Of a stretch of 64,000 bases of DNA, positions 28,890 through 39,506 are shown one piece after another. The notes below the pieces were generated by a model. It made no database searches. It was not told where the DNA came from and saw nothing but the letters and a program-made list of their open reading frames with translations. Source of the DNA: Candidatus Poribacteria bacterium (GTDB lineage Bacteria; Poribacteria; WGA-4E; PCPOR2b); NCBI GenBank assembly GCA_965198175.1, contig OZ240245.1, positions 1,984,001 through 2,048,000 on the forward strand, written 5' to 3'. The number at the start of each line of letters is the position of its first letter. Positions within the stretch are counted from its first letter, which is position 1. Position numbers and translations under genes: made by a program.

Positions 28890-29942
28890 CTATTCTTCAA
28901 TGGGTTCGCCACCATCAACCTCCTCACGGACGGAGGCAGTGCCTGGTGGGCTATGAATTCCCAGATTTTCTCGAATTTTGGCTTCGATTTCAGCAGCAAT
29001 TTCGGGGTGCTCTTTTAGGTAGAGTTTGACATTATTCCTGCCTTGTCCAAGCCGCTCGCCTCCATAGGCAAACCAAGAACCGCTTTTCTCTATAATGCCT
29101 CCATCCACACCGACATCAAGAATACTTCCCTCCTTCGAGATGCCATCACCAAAGGTCAGATCGAACTCAGCTTGCCGGAATGGCGGAGCCACTTTATTTT
29201 TGGCAATCTTGACGCGGACGCGGTTCCCAATCGCTTCGTTTCCTTCTTTTAGGCTTTCGATTCGACGCATTTCAAGCCGCACAGAGGCGTGAAATTTCAG
29301 CGCTAGTCCGCCGGGGGTGGTTTCCGGGTTGCCAAACATAACACCAATCTTCTGACGAATCTGGTTGGTAAAAACAACGCACGTTTTTGACCGATTCGTA
29401 ATACCGCTGAGTTTCCGCAGCGCTTTAGACATCAAACGTGGCAATAATCCTACGTGAGCATCTCCCATATCTCCCTCAATTTCCGCCTGAGGTGTCAACG
29501 CTGCCACCGAATCAACCACAACAATGTCAATTGCTCCGCTGCGAATGAGGGTTTCCACAATGTCCAACGCTTGTTCGCCGGTATCGGGTTGAGAGATGAG
29601 TACCGCATCCATATCCACACCGATGCGTTTTGCATAGGTGGGGTCAAGTGCGTGTTCAACATCGACAAACGCAGCAACCCCGCCTTTTTTTTGTGCTTCA
29701 GCTACAACATGGAGAGCAAGGGTTGTTTTTCCGCTGGACTCATGACCAAAAATTTCGACGATTCGACCACGAGGAACTCCACCCACACCGAGCGCAATGT
29801 CTAGCGCAAGTGAACCCGTTGAAATAGATTCGATAGGAACAATATCTTTACTGTTAAAGCGCATTATCGCACCTTTACCGTGTTGCCGTTCAATCTGCGA
29901 TATGGCGAGATCAATTGTCTTGTTCTTTTCATCTCTTGTCAT
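28890..29942 (-). CDS. recA: Recombinase RecA
   Basis: [73 protein letters not shown]. Confidence 0.99.
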   Translation of the reverse strand: MTRDEKNKTIDLAISQIERQHGKGAIMRFNSKDIVPIESISTGSLALDIALGVGGVPRGRIVEIFGHESSGKTTLALHVVAEAQKKGGVAAFVDVEHALDPTYAKRIGVDMDAVLISQPDTGEQALDIVETLIRSGAIDIVVVDSVAALTPQAEIEGDMGDAHVGLLPRLMSKALRKLSGITNRSKTCVVFTNQIRQKIGVMFGNPETTPGGLALKFHASVRLEMRRIESLKEGNEAIGNRVRVKIAKNKVAPPFRQAEFDLTFGDGISKEGSILDVGVDGGIIEKSGSWFAYGGERLGQGRNNVKLYLKEHPEIAAEIEAKIRENLGIHSPPGTASVREEVDGGEPIEE

Positions 29943-29943
29943 C

Positions 29944-30531
29944 TCAAGCCTCCGTATTCAATCTACAAGATTTTAAGGGGGTATAAACCGCACCTTTCAA
30001 ATGAAGTTGGCTCCGCACAAGTGTAATCTCGTGAACTGTTATTGAGGCGCCTTCAATTTCCTCATATCGGTTAAACGTGTCAGCAAAAGGTCTTAGATCC
30101 ATCCGCCCCTTAATTCTGGCGATTGTTAAGTGAGGGTTGGACGTCCTTTCATCGCGGGGACATCCGCACCGATCTAGTTCAAGGTTGATTTCTCGGGCTA
30201 GTTCGTTCATCTCCGCTGCCCCAACTTTAACGCCACACCAAACCACCCTTGGGCGTGCCAGACTCGGAAATGCACCAATTCCGCCAACCTGTAGCGTAAA
30301 AGGGGCATGATTCGTCGCCACTTGTCCGATGGCTGCTTCGACGGTATCAATTTGAGATTGTTCAACCTCTCCCAAGAATTTTAGCGTGAGGTGAAAATTC
30401 CTGGGGTTAACCCATGACGCTTGGCGGATACCTTTTCTGAGTATATCTTGAATCTGTGCTAACCTATCTTGAATCGCACACGGGATTTCGACCGCTACGA
30501 AACAACGAACTCGTTGCGTTGTGTTTTTCAT
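29944..30531 (-). CDS. thpR: RNA 2',3'-cyclic phosphodiesterase (2H family)
   Basis: RCFVAV, two HxT motifs ([16 protein letters not shown]), typical position upstream of recA. Confidence 0.9.
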   Translation of the reverse strand: MKNTTQRVRCFVAVEIPCAIQDRLAQIQDILRKGIRQASWVNPRNFHLTLKFLGEVEQSQIDTVEAAIGQVATNHAPFTLQVGGIGAFPSLARPRVVWCGVKVGAAEMNELAREINLELDRCGCPRDERTSNPHLTIARIKGRMDLRPFADTFNRYEEIEGASITVHEITLVRSQLHLKGAVYTPLKSCRLNTEA

Positions 30532-30605
30532 GATCCCTAACATTGAAAAATAGTAATCACCAACGTCACGGCTTGGCATCAATACTCATGCCTGATGCGA
30601 ACAAT

Positions 30606-31235
30606 TTAGAGATCGTCATCGGTGTATATATCCACTGACCGCATCAGGTCATACAGCGCCTTCCGATTATTATACAAGAATTCCAAACCGGACACCACTG
30701 TTAAAATGAGCGGGATGTACATCATAAAATAGATAGGTCCGAACGGGTGCACAATAAGATCGGCGGGAAGAACTGGTAGTCCCCCGAACTCATAGATAAC
30801 AAGTAAAGCCAAGCTAATTGTAATGACAACCATCTGGGAAGATGTCTTATATTTCCCCCACTTAGCTGATGCGACGACGGTCCCGTGCGTTGCAATAAAT
30901 GCAATCCGTAGCCCTGTAACGACAAATTCACGTCCTATGATTGTAATAACCATCCAGCCTGGAACCAATCCTTCTCCAAACCGGGTAAGACAGATTAATG
31001 CTGCACCAACAAGGAGTTTATCCGCAAGTGGATCCATAAATTTTCCAAAACTGGTTGTTCCTTGCCGCCGTGCAATTCGTCCGTCAAAGAAATCCGTAAG
31101 CGACGACACCACAAATATGATGAGCGCCGCAAGCAAACGTTGGTAGCGAAAAGAGAGCATCAAAAGCGGTACCATGACGATGCGTGACATCGTTAGGTAA
31201 TTCGCCAGGCGCATGAGGCTGTGAATGTTCATCAT
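30606..31235 (-). CDS. pgsA: CDP-diacylglycerol--glycerol-3-phosphate 3-phosphatidyltransferase
   Basis: ANYLTMSRI, TDFFDGRIARR..TSFGKFMDPLADK, REFVVTGLR, GKYKT..QM. Confidence 0.9.
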   Translation of the reverse strand: MMNIHSLMRLANYLTMSRIVMVPLLMLSFRYQRLLAALIIFVVSSLTDFFDGRIARRQGTTSFGKFMDPLADKLLVGAALICLTRFGEGLVPGWMVITIIGREFVVTGLRIAFIATHGTVVASAKWGKYKTSSQMVVITISLALLVIYEFGGLPVLPADLIVHPFGPIYFMMYIPLILTVVSGLEFLYNNRKALYDLMRSVDIYTDDDL

Positions 31236-31265
31236 AAGACTTTTGTACGTCGTGAGCTATGCAAT

Positions 31266-31985
31266 TCACTCATCGGATGAAAGATCAATGACTTCGACAT
31301 CGTCGGGAATCACAAACTTAAAGGCATCAGGTGCTACTTTCTCATCCCGCCGAATTTTTTTCAACGAAACTGTTACACTGAGGGCGCTTCTGTCTTCCCT
31401 TTCAGATCTGTAACCAAACTGCACAGGCAACCAATCACTTGACTGAACCCATACCTCTAAGGTTTCGCGCGCGGGACGGGTTTCATCTACCGGTTGGGTT
31501 AACATATGAGGCTTAGGCGTCAATTCGATCTGGTAGACGCCTTTCTTGTTGGCAGTGGGATCTGGAACTAGGCTCATATCATAATTCTCCTGGACATCTT
31601 CCAATGTAGCCCCGATTCCCGGTAATAATTCTTTGCGATCCGGATTGTTCCAACGCATCTTATTGACCTGATTCAGCATCGGCGTATAAGACCAAGAGTG
31701 ATCGCCATCAAGTATAATTAATTGTACAGTCTGAGTTGGATCCTCTCGGCTCAAATACTCCTTGCGCAACAGGTTGGGCTTGCTAAATACCAATCTTCCA
31801 CTCGCAATGCTTTTGTTGCCATCTTGAAGCGTCGTCTCCTCAAACTCAGCGCTAAAGCTCCTGGACGTTTCATAAGCAGCTTTAAACTTGTGAAATATCT
31901 CATCAACCGTATAAGCAAATCCCAACTTCCCACCGGCAATCAACAAGAACACCAGCATTTTTCCAAAACATAGCCGTTTCATCAT
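31266..31985 (-). CDS. LolA-family outer-membrane lipoprotein carrier protein
   Basis: Signal peptide, SFSAEFEET, SGRLVFSKPNLLRKEY, IILDGDHSWSYTP.LNQV, FKFVIPDDVEVID; ATG 31985 with RBS GGGGGA. Confidence 0.8.
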   Translation of the reverse strand: MMKRLCFGKMLVFLLIAGGKLGFAYTVDEIFHKFKAAYETSRSFSAEFEETTLQDGNKSIASGRLVFSKPNLLRKEYLSREDPTQTVQLIILDGDHSWSYTPMLNQVNKMRWNNPDRKELLPGIGATLEDVQENYDMSLVPDPTANKKGVYQIELTPKPHMLTQPVDETRPARETLEVWVQSSDWLPVQFGYRSEREDRSALSVTVSLKKIRRDEKVAPDAFKFVIPDDVEVIDLSSDE

Positions 31986-32023
31986 CTTAATCCCCCGGAC
32001 TTTAATTCTGGATTTACGGTTGC

Positions 32024-32052
32024 AGTATAGCACCTGCAAACCTATTTGTCAA
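32024..32052 (-). promoter_or_regulatory. sigma70 promoter for lolA-pgsA-thpR-recA
   Basis: TTGACA-17-TATACT on the minus strand. Confidence 0.7.
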
Positions 32053-32572
32053 CGCTGTTTTTGAAGTCTGTCACTAAATTTCATTAGACGTCGGGGTGTG
32101 TCCGCAGTTGGAAAAAAAGGCGCATCCCGGTTAGCTTACACTGTCCGTATCCGCGATTATACGTCAATGTGTCTTGAAGCCATCAAAGCGTCGCTTGAAT
32201 GCATTCACACCCTCATTTACCCCCGGCTACCAGCGTTTGTTCCGCATATCTACAACAACCATGGCTCGCTCCGATGGCAGCTAAGTCATTTCGCTCGACA
32301 ATCTACCACTCCTGTGGACCGGTGGTTTTGGGATTTGGTTGGTGAAATGTGAAGCTAGTGTCTTTTCCCTCCAGGGAATTAACGCTCGGGTGATTGCATC
32401 TGCTGAGTTGTTCCACGGGCTTGAGCAGAACCAGACGTAACGTCTCAGAAAATACAATCGTCTTTCTTTTTGTAACTTTTCATTACGGGATGCGTTTGGT
32501 ATGGATAGAATTAACCCAAATTAAGGATTGGGGCTGATTCTCCCCTATTCATTAACGAGGAGACTATTTCAA

Positions 32573-33580
32573 ATGACCAACAAACATTATACTTATCTAA
32601 TCACCTGTGTCAGGAAAACGTCGATCGAATGGGGCATTGAATTTAAATCACTCGGCGATTCAGTGCCACCGAAAGTCGTTCGATTACCACACCTGGCGCA
32701 ACCGCTAACTGAAACGCCATATTTTCAATCGAAATGTAACCCGGTAACTTATCTTAAGCAGCTAATCAAGGGCATGACGGACATGCTTCGTGACTACCAC
32801 ACACGCGTTTTCAGAAAGATTCAAAGTAGACTTGAAGAGTTGCAGATTGGGGAACGTTGCTATGTCCAGGTTTCCTACACCGATAATGGTGCGGAAATCA
32901 AACCTCATAACTACGAAATTCAACTTCTTCAGCACCCACCCTCTGAAACGCGAGACGCAAATCGTGAAAAATCAGTTGCATTGAATGCAAATAATCTATC
33001 TGTTCCTCATGGCGTTGAGACCGTCCTAGATTGGAAAGACACGACTCGATCGAGTGCGGGCAATCAAAGAAAACTTCCTGTTGAAAATACAACTGAGGTA
33101 GTGAAACAGATTACGCAATTGCGGGAGCGTGTTAGGCAACTGCAATCCGACATGGAGTTGATGCAGGAGCGACTTGCCGATGGGCGACGCTTGTCAGAAA
33201 GGATTTTGAGTGAAAGGGAGCGACATACATTCAATACGTCAGGTGTTACCGGAGGACCCAATGCGCCCCGCATTGGGAGCAGACGGATGTACATTCGTCC
33301 TGTCGGAGGAAGAGACCAACAGAAAAAGGATAGCATTATGCTCAATCGGGATGAAAGTACTGCTATCCAATACATTATGGACCAGAAAGTTATAACTGAA
33401 TCCCAGCTAAGGAGGCAATACCATATTGGTAATGCATCTGAAGTTATGGCGGGCTTGATTGACAAGATGGAACAATACAATTCCCCCTGGATTGATGTTC
33501 AGAGAGATGAAAATGGGAAATTGATTTATCACTGGACGCAGCCGGATGAAGGCGCGATGGCTATGGCAAATACTCCTTGA
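32573..33580 (+). CDS. Hypothetical protein with central coiled coil and possible C-terminal winged helix
   Basis: Long ORF filling the gap; ATG 32573 with RBS GAGGAG; heptads VVKQITQLRERVRQLQSDMELMQERL. Confidence 0.7.
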   Translation: MTNKHYTYLITCVRKTSIEWGIEFKSLGDSVPPKVVRLPHLAQPLTETPYFQSKCNPVTYLKQLIKGMTDMLRDYHTRVFRKIQSRLEELQIGERCYVQVSYTDNGAEIKPHNYEIQLLQHPPSETRDANREKSVALNANNLSVPHGVETVLDWKDTTRSSAGNQRKLPVENTTEVVKQITQLRERVRQLQSDMELMQERLADGRRLSERILSERERHTFNTSGVTGGPNAPRIGSRRMYIRPVGGRDQQKKDSIMLNRDESTAIQYIMDQKVITESQLRRQYHIGNASEVMAGLIDKMEQYNSPWIDVQRDENGKLIYHWTQPDEGAMAMANTP

Positions 33581-33781
33581 GGAACGGGATCCGCGCCTCG
33601 GCATGAACCTCATGTCCATCTTGCAAAGTAGTCTAAAAGGTAAGATTTTCTCGAAGACTTGACGCTGTGTAAATCTACTTTGGCATCTGACTTGATAAAG
33701 TATGTATCATCAGGTAGGCATCGCAGCTAAATCTAGCAAAGGTTCATCCAATTTCAACTGAGTAGAGCGCTCTTCCGAAGT

Positions 33782-34111
33782 CTAACTTTCTAGCGGTGCG
33801 TCAATCTCCATCTCAAGCAGAATCGCGCTAAATCCCTTACCGTGCCCATCAATCATCAACGAACGCGAAACCCCGCCTCCAAGTGCGTTACGAACAACGA
33901 AGTTTAACGCGCCAATTCTCGGCAGTTCGTAGCGCTCTATTTGCCCGTGCGGTATGTCCTTGAGAAAGTCATCTACAGCTTCAACCGTCACGTGTTCCTT
34001 CACCCACTCGTAGTGAGCTTGGTTGTAGACAATCAGCCCGATATTGACGGTGTCCGCCTTGTCACCCGATCGCGAGTGACATATCTGTCTAAGTTTAATC
34101 CGATCAGCCAT
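33782..34111 (-). CDS. AtuA-related small ferredoxin-fold protein
   Basis: IKLRQICHSRSGDKADTVNIG, ERYELP..GALNFV...ALGGG...SL..DGHGK; ATG 34111. Confidence 0.85.
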   Translation of the reverse strand: MADRIKLRQICHSRSGDKADTVNIGLIVYNQAHYEWVKEHVTVEAVDDFLKDIPHGQIERYELPRIGALNFVVRNALGGGVSRSLMIDGHGKGFSAILLEMEIDAPLES

Positions 34112-34124
34112 AGTAATTCCCCTT

Positions 34125-35492
34125 TCACTCCACAACGAATTCGTGTACGTCAAACTGCACGGCTTCTTGTGGCAACAGCGTGGTATAAAGTCCAATGACT
34201 TGCTCTGGCCCCGCTTGGTAATCGAGCCGCAGTCCTTGGCTTACGCCCGCCGGTCCGTTCAGAGCGAGTGACTCAACGTCGTGCAATACTTCCCACGCCT
34301 GTTCTTGGGTCTCAAAATAGCCGCTCACTCTCAGCTCAACTTCTTTTACGGCAGACAGATCTATATCCGGCCAGGGGAAGAGTGCGTTGACCCCAACGAA
34401 ATCGAACCGCAAGGCAGATCTGTCAATACCGTGAACGTGGGTTGCCCGCTCGGCAATTGTATCGGCTGCTAGCTTTGCTCTCGCATACGCCCCAGTTCCA
34501 CCATAGTAGGCTCGGCTAACTGCCACAAAGTTTTCACGCACACCGAGAAGTACCTTGACCATTGAAGGTCGAGGATGCCCTCTCGTCCCGGTTACGCTAA
34601 CTCGATTTGAGCCAGCTTGTTTAATCTCGGTGTTGGTGAAATCGACTACGCCATCGTTATGGATGTAGTTGCTAGGGTCATGAAGTTCGTAGAGCAGTTG
34701 CTCTTTGACAGTTCGCTCGGATACTACCCCACCGGTATTGGAAACCTTCGTGATAATGGCGTCTCCATTCGCTTGCACCTCTGCGATAGGCATTCCAATG
34801 TCGTCTAAACCCGATACATCCTTCATCCCGGGATCTGCGTGGTATCCACCGGAAAGCTGTGCACCGCACTCCATCAAGTGTCCAATGCTAAGCCCTCTCG
34901 CCATCAGATCCCAATCATCCAGCCGCCAATCCATTTCAAATATCAACGGCGCGAGAAATTGGGTGGAATCACCGGCTCTGCTCGTAATCACGATATTTGC
35001 GCCGCGCCGCAACCCCTCAACAATCAGCGGTGCACCTTGATAGGTGATGGCTGCTACAAGCCTATCGCCGAAGGTAGAGACTGGTTCACCTGTCTCGGTT
35101 GTTACTGGATTTATTTCTTTGATGAGATCGGCACTACTGTCCGGCTGGGTATAAGCGACTTTGATGCCGCTAATGTTCAGCTCATCGCAGATTTCGGCTG
35201 CTAGCTTAACCGCACCCTCTACATCTGCACTTCCACCATTGTGAATAATCTTAACACCATTCTTGACGCATGTTGGGAGTACAGTTCGCAGTGTCCTACC
35301 AAGCGTTACATCGTATCCGATATCACCCTTTGCCTTGCGTAGGGCGGATTCAGAATACGCTTTTTCCGACTGAGCGTCAAAAATTAGATAATCAATCTCA
35401 CCATACTCCGCTAGTTTAAGTGCGGCGTCTATGCGATCTCCACCGGCGCCGGAGCCGCTTCCTAACCGAACTGTTGATTTTCGTGTTTTTAT
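34125..35492 (-). CDS. Acyclic terpene utilisation AtuA family (DUF1446) protein
   Basis: VRLGSGSG..GDR, DYLIFD..SE, GANIVITSRAGD, GHLMECGAQLSGGY..DPG, VKEQLLYELHDP..YI; probable ATA start behind AAGGAGG. Confidence 0.88.
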   Translation of the reverse strand: MKTRKSTVRLGSGSGAGGDRIDAALKLAEYGEIDYLIFDAQSEKAYSESALRKAKGDIGYDVTLGRTLRTVLPTCVKNGVKIIHNGGSADVEGAVKLAAEICDELNISGIKVAYTQPDSSADLIKEINPVTTETGEPVSTFGDRLVAAITYQGAPLIVEGLRRGANIVITSRAGDSTQFLAPLIFEMDWRLDDWDLMARGLSIGHLMECGAQLSGGYHADPGMKDVSGLDDIGMPIAEVQANGDAIITKVSNTGGVVSERTVKEQLLYELHDPSNYIHNDGVVDFTNTEIKQAGSNRVSVTGTRGHPRPSMVKVLLGVRENFVAVSRAYYGGTGAYARAKLAADTIAERATHVHGIDRSALRFDFVGVNALFPWPDIDLSAVKEVELRVSGYFETQEQAWEVLHDVESLALNGPAGVSQGLRLDYQAGPEQVIGLYTTLLPQEAVQFDVHEFVVE

Positions 35493-35560
35493 TGTCTTAC
35501 CCTCCTTAACACTTAGCAGTGTGAATTTCGAAGACCGACAACCTTTCGACACGCCTATCT

Positions 35561-37498
35561 CTACTCCCACCACCTGACGGGGTGCCAGCCCATGTTATAC
35601 GTCATGATTTTGAATGCTGCGTTCATGATGCTCCAAATGCCCCCCATGGCGTAATCTCCTAGTATCAAACCCGCAAAGAACGGGATGGCTTTTCGATACG
35701 CTCGCAAGCCGCCATACCGAAGAATGGTGAATTTTAGACACCAACTTATCAGCACGGGCACCCAGATATAGATCATCTCCGCAGGACTCACCCCCAGAAC
35801 ATAACCGACCGGGTGAAATGGCCACCACAGAAAGCGCATCTTCATCGCTAACAGAAATCCCGTGATTGCCGCACCTAGTCCCATAAAGCCGATTGTCGCG
35901 TAGTTTGTTGTTGTTGGAAAAGTTAGCCACAGCTGGAGACGTTGTGCAAAGCTTTCCCGTCCCATGCCCCCGATTTCCGATTGATTCTCAACGCCAAAGT
36001 GGTACGAAAGACCAAAGTATATCACAAAGGTTGCTGGTATGCCGACGGCAAAGGCAAGAATCATCGCCCATGTTAGCTTTCGACGATTAATATTCGCGTG
36101 TTCACCGATTCGGAAAGCTTCCAGTTGATTTGGCATCGGATGACCGGGCTGGTCTCGATTAAGTCCAAAAAAGAAGGACAGAATCGTCAAGTTTCGGGCT
36201 CCAAAGGTTCGCGTCCCCAGTGAGGTTACCATTGTTCGCCCCGGATCCAGCCAAAGCAGTTCATGCACGGGTAATCCAAGTCCACTCCGCATCTTGGTAA
36301 CGCCCAGGGCACCACAGCAGTATAGCGTTAAGAACAGCAGGATGACCCACAGAGAAAGTCCGGCGTTATAGGCGAAAACGAACAGAAAAGCCACACCCGC
36401 TAGGATACCCAGGATTGCGGCCCGGTACGACATTGGCTCCATCGCATCATCGATTGCCTCCTTTCCCGTGAATATCTGCGAAAAGACCCGCTTGAGATGT
36501 CTCCGTCCAACCCACAGCGCTAGAATCCCCAAGCCAATCCACGCCCCTTGAGCTTGTTCCTCGAGATAAAGTTCGCGCCAGCCCATTGTGACGCCCAGCG
36601 ACAATTGCGTCATTTTTTTGAAAAAGTAAAAGAACCATGCCGAAAACGCGAGATCCAGCGGCATAAAATAGGAGAGTCCAATGACAAACGGCTGGAAGGA
36701 GATTCGGGTTCCGTGCATATAACTCCACGGCTTTTCCGGAAAATTGATCTGCGTCCAGCCGACCGGTATATAAGGGACAAAAGGATAGAAAGCCTTCAGA
36801 CCGTTAAAAAGACTAATGCCAGCCGCAATCCCAAAGCCTACCCACATTAACCGATTCTTCAAGAATCCAATCGGGTCCCGCCCCATCTCCAGCGGCAACC
36901 AAGTAATAGGGTACGTGAGTCGCTCATGATCGGAGAACTGTCGTTTGATAATCGTGTTGATGCAGATGAGAATGAAGCAGAGGACAAATAGAAAGGCAGA
37001 CCAGTAAAACAGCGGACCAATCCAAGCCTTGATGTACTGTAAGGAAAAGAAAGAGGTTTCACCAAGAAAAAAGCCTCGTAGGTCATTTTCGTCCTCGACG
37101 GTGAACCATCCCGGGATATAATGCCAGAAGAGATTACGCCAGTCGTTTTCCGCTGTGGCGTACCAATAGGGGTGAGCGATTGGCCCAAGCAGCCGCGTCA
37201 TTCGGTGTCCGGATATGGACGACACCATGACGACCATGACGTAGATGACCAACAAATCGGAGTGTTTGAAGGCGTATCTTCCAACAATCTTCTTTGACAG
37301 GAGATTTATCAATATCAGCACAAACAGCGTGAATACCGCATTACTGAACAGCGACATATACGTGTGATTTAGCCCTTTTAGGTAGTCGTTGGCTGAGATC
37401 CAGTAGGAATTGACGACCACCAAAATCACGCCGATAGCCAGCGCACTAAGGGAAATCCCACTTGGCGCTTGGCTTCTAGTGCCTGGCAAATTATCCAA
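35561..37498 (-). CDS. Polytopic membrane protein, DUF6785/DUF6784-like (putative transporter)
   Basis: Many TM segments; HERLTYPI..LPLEM, IGLSYFMPLDLAFSAWFF, WWPFHPVGY, LRYGGLRAYRKAIPFFAGLILGD; TTG start with RBS GAGGA. Confidence 0.75.
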   Translation of the reverse strand: MDNLPGTRSQAPSGISLSALAIGVILVVVNSYWISANDYLKGLNHTYMSLFSNAVFTLFVLILINLLSKKIVGRYAFKHSDLLVIYVMVVMVSSISGHRMTRLLGPIAHPYWYATAENDWRNLFWHYIPGWFTVEDENDLRGFFLGETSFFSLQYIKAWIGPLFYWSAFLFVLCFILICINTIIKRQFSDHERLTYPITWLPLEMGRDPIGFLKNRLMWVGFGIAAGISLFNGLKAFYPFVPYIPVGWTQINFPEKPWSYMHGTRISFQPFVIGLSYFMPLDLAFSAWFFYFFKKMTQLSLGVTMGWRELYLEEQAQGAWIGLGILALWVGRRHLKRVFSQIFTGKEAIDDAMEPMSYRAAILGILAGVAFLFVFAYNAGLSLWVILLFLTLYCCGALGVTKMRSGLGLPVHELLWLDPGRTMVTSLGTRTFGARNLTILSFFFGLNRDQPGHPMPNQLEAFRIGEHANINRRKLTWAMILAFAVGIPATFVIYFGLSYHFGVENQSEIGGMGRESFAQRLQLWLTFPTTTNYATIGFMGLGAAITGFLLAMKMRFLWWPFHPVGYVLGVSPAEMIYIWVPVLISWCLKFTILRYGGLRAYRKAIPFFAGLILGDYAMGGIWSIMNAAFKIMTYNMGWHPVRWWE

Positions 37499-37760
37499 AA
37501 ATAAGTCCTCACTTTAACAGATGCGTACTATCGTTCAATCCATGTTCAACGGCACAACCACTGTTCTAACATATTTCATAACTGAGTGTAATAGCGTAAT
37601 GCGTAAAGATATCAAGAGACTATACCGAAGCATTACGTATATTCTCGAACTCGATACATCGCGGCTTTGGAAATCCGTCTCTCAAATTTGACCAATATAA
37701 CGTTGCGGCGACGGTGTCGGACATTTGACGCATTGTTGATTGTTCCGCACACTAGGTTAT

Positions 37761-37789
37761 ATTATAAAACTTTCGCCCGTTGTTGTCAA
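37761..37789 (-). promoter_or_regulatory. Consensus sigma70 promoter for DUF6785-atuA operon
   Basis: Perfect TTGACA-17-TATAAT on the minus strand. Confidence 0.75.
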
Positions 37790-37991
37790 CACACTCAATG
37801 CTTGGCATTTTCAGTTGAAATTTGGGGTTTGTTGGGATATTATTTTAGTGCCACGATACGAAAACTTCATCCAGCAATTCGAGCTTGTCAACACAACTTA
37901 GAAGACATAAAAGTCCAACCGAAATGACGGGGCTGTTTTTTGCTAAATAGGCACGCCCCTTGTCTGAGTTTCTATCTCTAGATTTTTTCTG

Positions 37992-38020
37992 TTGACATCT
38001 CTGATGTTTTTGATTAAGAT
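37992..38020 (+). promoter_or_regulatory. sigma70 promoter for molybdoenzyme operon
   Basis: TTGACA-17-TAAGAT. Confidence 0.7.
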
Positions 38021-38135
38021 AAAGCGTGTGACAAACAAGTGCCGTAAAATGTGCAGCCCCGGTCGATGATCGGGATCCCACTGCGCTCACCAAGTTCCAC
38101 TTGTGAACCATCTATCTTGAAAGGAGATTGATGCC

Positions 38136-39011
38136 TTGCGAGCGTTTGACTATATTCCCGCAAAAACCGTTAATGAGGCACTGGCTTTGCTCGCTGAAAA
38201 AGGCGATCAGGCAAAACCACTGAGCGGCGGAACAGATCTCATTGTTATGGTTAGAGAGGGCAGGCGGCAGTTAGAATTGATGGTAGATGTCAAAGACATC
38301 CCCGAAACCAACGTGCTTGCGTATTCCCATGAAACCGGCTTACATCTCGGTGCGGCTGTACCCTGCTATAAAATCTATGGAGATGATGCTATTTGCGCTG
38401 CATATCCGGGGCTTGCAGACGCTGCCAAGATTATCGGTGGCACCGCAATTCAAGGCAGGGCGAGTGTCGGCGGCAATTTGTGCAACGCCTCGCCTGCTGC
38501 GGATACGATACCACCGTTGATTGTGCTAGAAACTACCTGCGTCATTGCGGGTCCAAACGGGACGCGCGAAGTCCCGGTAGTGCAGTTTTGTACAGGACCG
38601 GGGCAAACAGTCTTGGAACGGGGAGAATTTCTCCTATCGTTCAAGATTCCCCCACCAAAGAAAAATTCAAGTTCTTATTATCTTCGATTCATCCCACGCA
38701 ATGAAATGGACATCGCTGTTGTGGGCGCTGGCGCATCAGTCGTTCTGGACGACGCAAAATCGTCGTTCGTCTCAGCCCGAATCGGACTGGCTGCGGTCGC
38801 CCCAACACCATTATTCGCCGAGGAAGCCAGCGCGTCGCTTGCTGGGGTGGAAGTTTCCGACGAAGCAGTCAATGCAGCGGCTGAAGCAGCGCGCCAAATT
38901 GCCCGACCAATCAGCGACATGCGCGGAACGATTGAACAGAGGGTTCACCTCGTTGAAGTGCTGACGCGTCGCGCCTTAAATGGCGCAATTCAAAGAGTGA
39001 AGGAGTCGTGA
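38136..39011 (+). CDS. Xanthine dehydrogenase/CoxM-family FAD-binding subunit
   Basis: LSGGTDL, IQGRASVGGNLCNASPAADT, AVAPTP, PISDMRGT. Confidence 0.93.
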   Translation: MRAFDYIPAKTVNEALALLAEKGDQAKPLSGGTDLIVMVREGRRQLELMVDVKDIPETNVLAYSHETGLHLGAAVPCYKIYGDDAICAAYPGLADAAKIIGGTAIQGRASVGGNLCNASPAADTIPPLIVLETTCVIAGPNGTREVPVVQFCTGPGQTVLERGEFLLSFKIPPPKKNSSSYYLRFIPRNEMDIAVVGAGASVVLDDAKSSFVSARIGLAAVAPTPLFAEEASASLAGVEVSDEAVNAAAEAARQIARPISDMRGTIEQRVHLVEVLTRRALNGAIQRVKES

Positions 39012-39017
39012 AAATAG

Positions 39018-39506
39018 ATGCCCAGAAAAGTTCATGTTCAAACGACAATTAACGGCGAAACAGTTGAATTTCTGTGTGAGCCTCGCCAGAGCCTGCTTGA
39101 AGTCTTGCGAGATGAACTCGGGTTGACCGGCGCCAAAGAAGGATGCAACAACGGCAACTGCGGCGCTTGCAGCGTAATGCTTGATGGACGGCTGGTCAAT
39201 TCCTGTATTGTGCTTGGCGTTGAAATAGAAGGGAAATCGGTAGAAACCGTTGAAGGTCTCGCCGAACCGGGCAAACTCCATCCGATCCAGGAAATCTTCC
39301 TGGAAGACGCTGCGCTTCAGTGCGGTATCTGCACGCCCGGCTTTATCGTAGCAGCAAAGGCGCTGCTGGACAAAAACCCTAACCCAACTGAGTACGAAGT
39401 CCGTTACTGGCTGGCAGGCAATCTGTGCCGTTGTACCGGTTACGATAAGATTGTCCGTGCTGTGCTCGATTCGGCTCAAATCGTGTCTTCGGAGGTAGGT
39501 ACATAA
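39018..39506 (+). CDS. Xanthine dehydrogenase/CoxS-family 2x[2Fe-2S] subunit
   Basis: GCNNGNCGAC...NSC, QCGICTPG, GNLCRCTGY. Confidence 0.95.
   Translation: MPRKVHVQTTINGETVEFLCEPRQSLLEVLRDELGLTGAKEGCNNGNCGACSVMLDGRLVNSCIVLGVEIEGKSVETVEGLAEPGKLHPIQEIFLEDAALQCGICTPGFIVAAKALLDKNPNPTEYEVRYWLAGNLCRCTGYDKIVRAVLDSAQIVSSEVGT

Noticed and set aside
29430..29460. Rec[11 protein letters not shown] versus the usual GLQARLMSQA
   Set aside because: All other motifs are intact; probably lineage variation and cannot be evaluated without an alignment
32060..32520. Long intergenic gap as RNase P, tmRNA, SRP or riboswitch
   Set aside because: No hallmark motifs recognised; the T7 run on the minus strand lacks a convincing stem. 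An Rfam scan would settle it.
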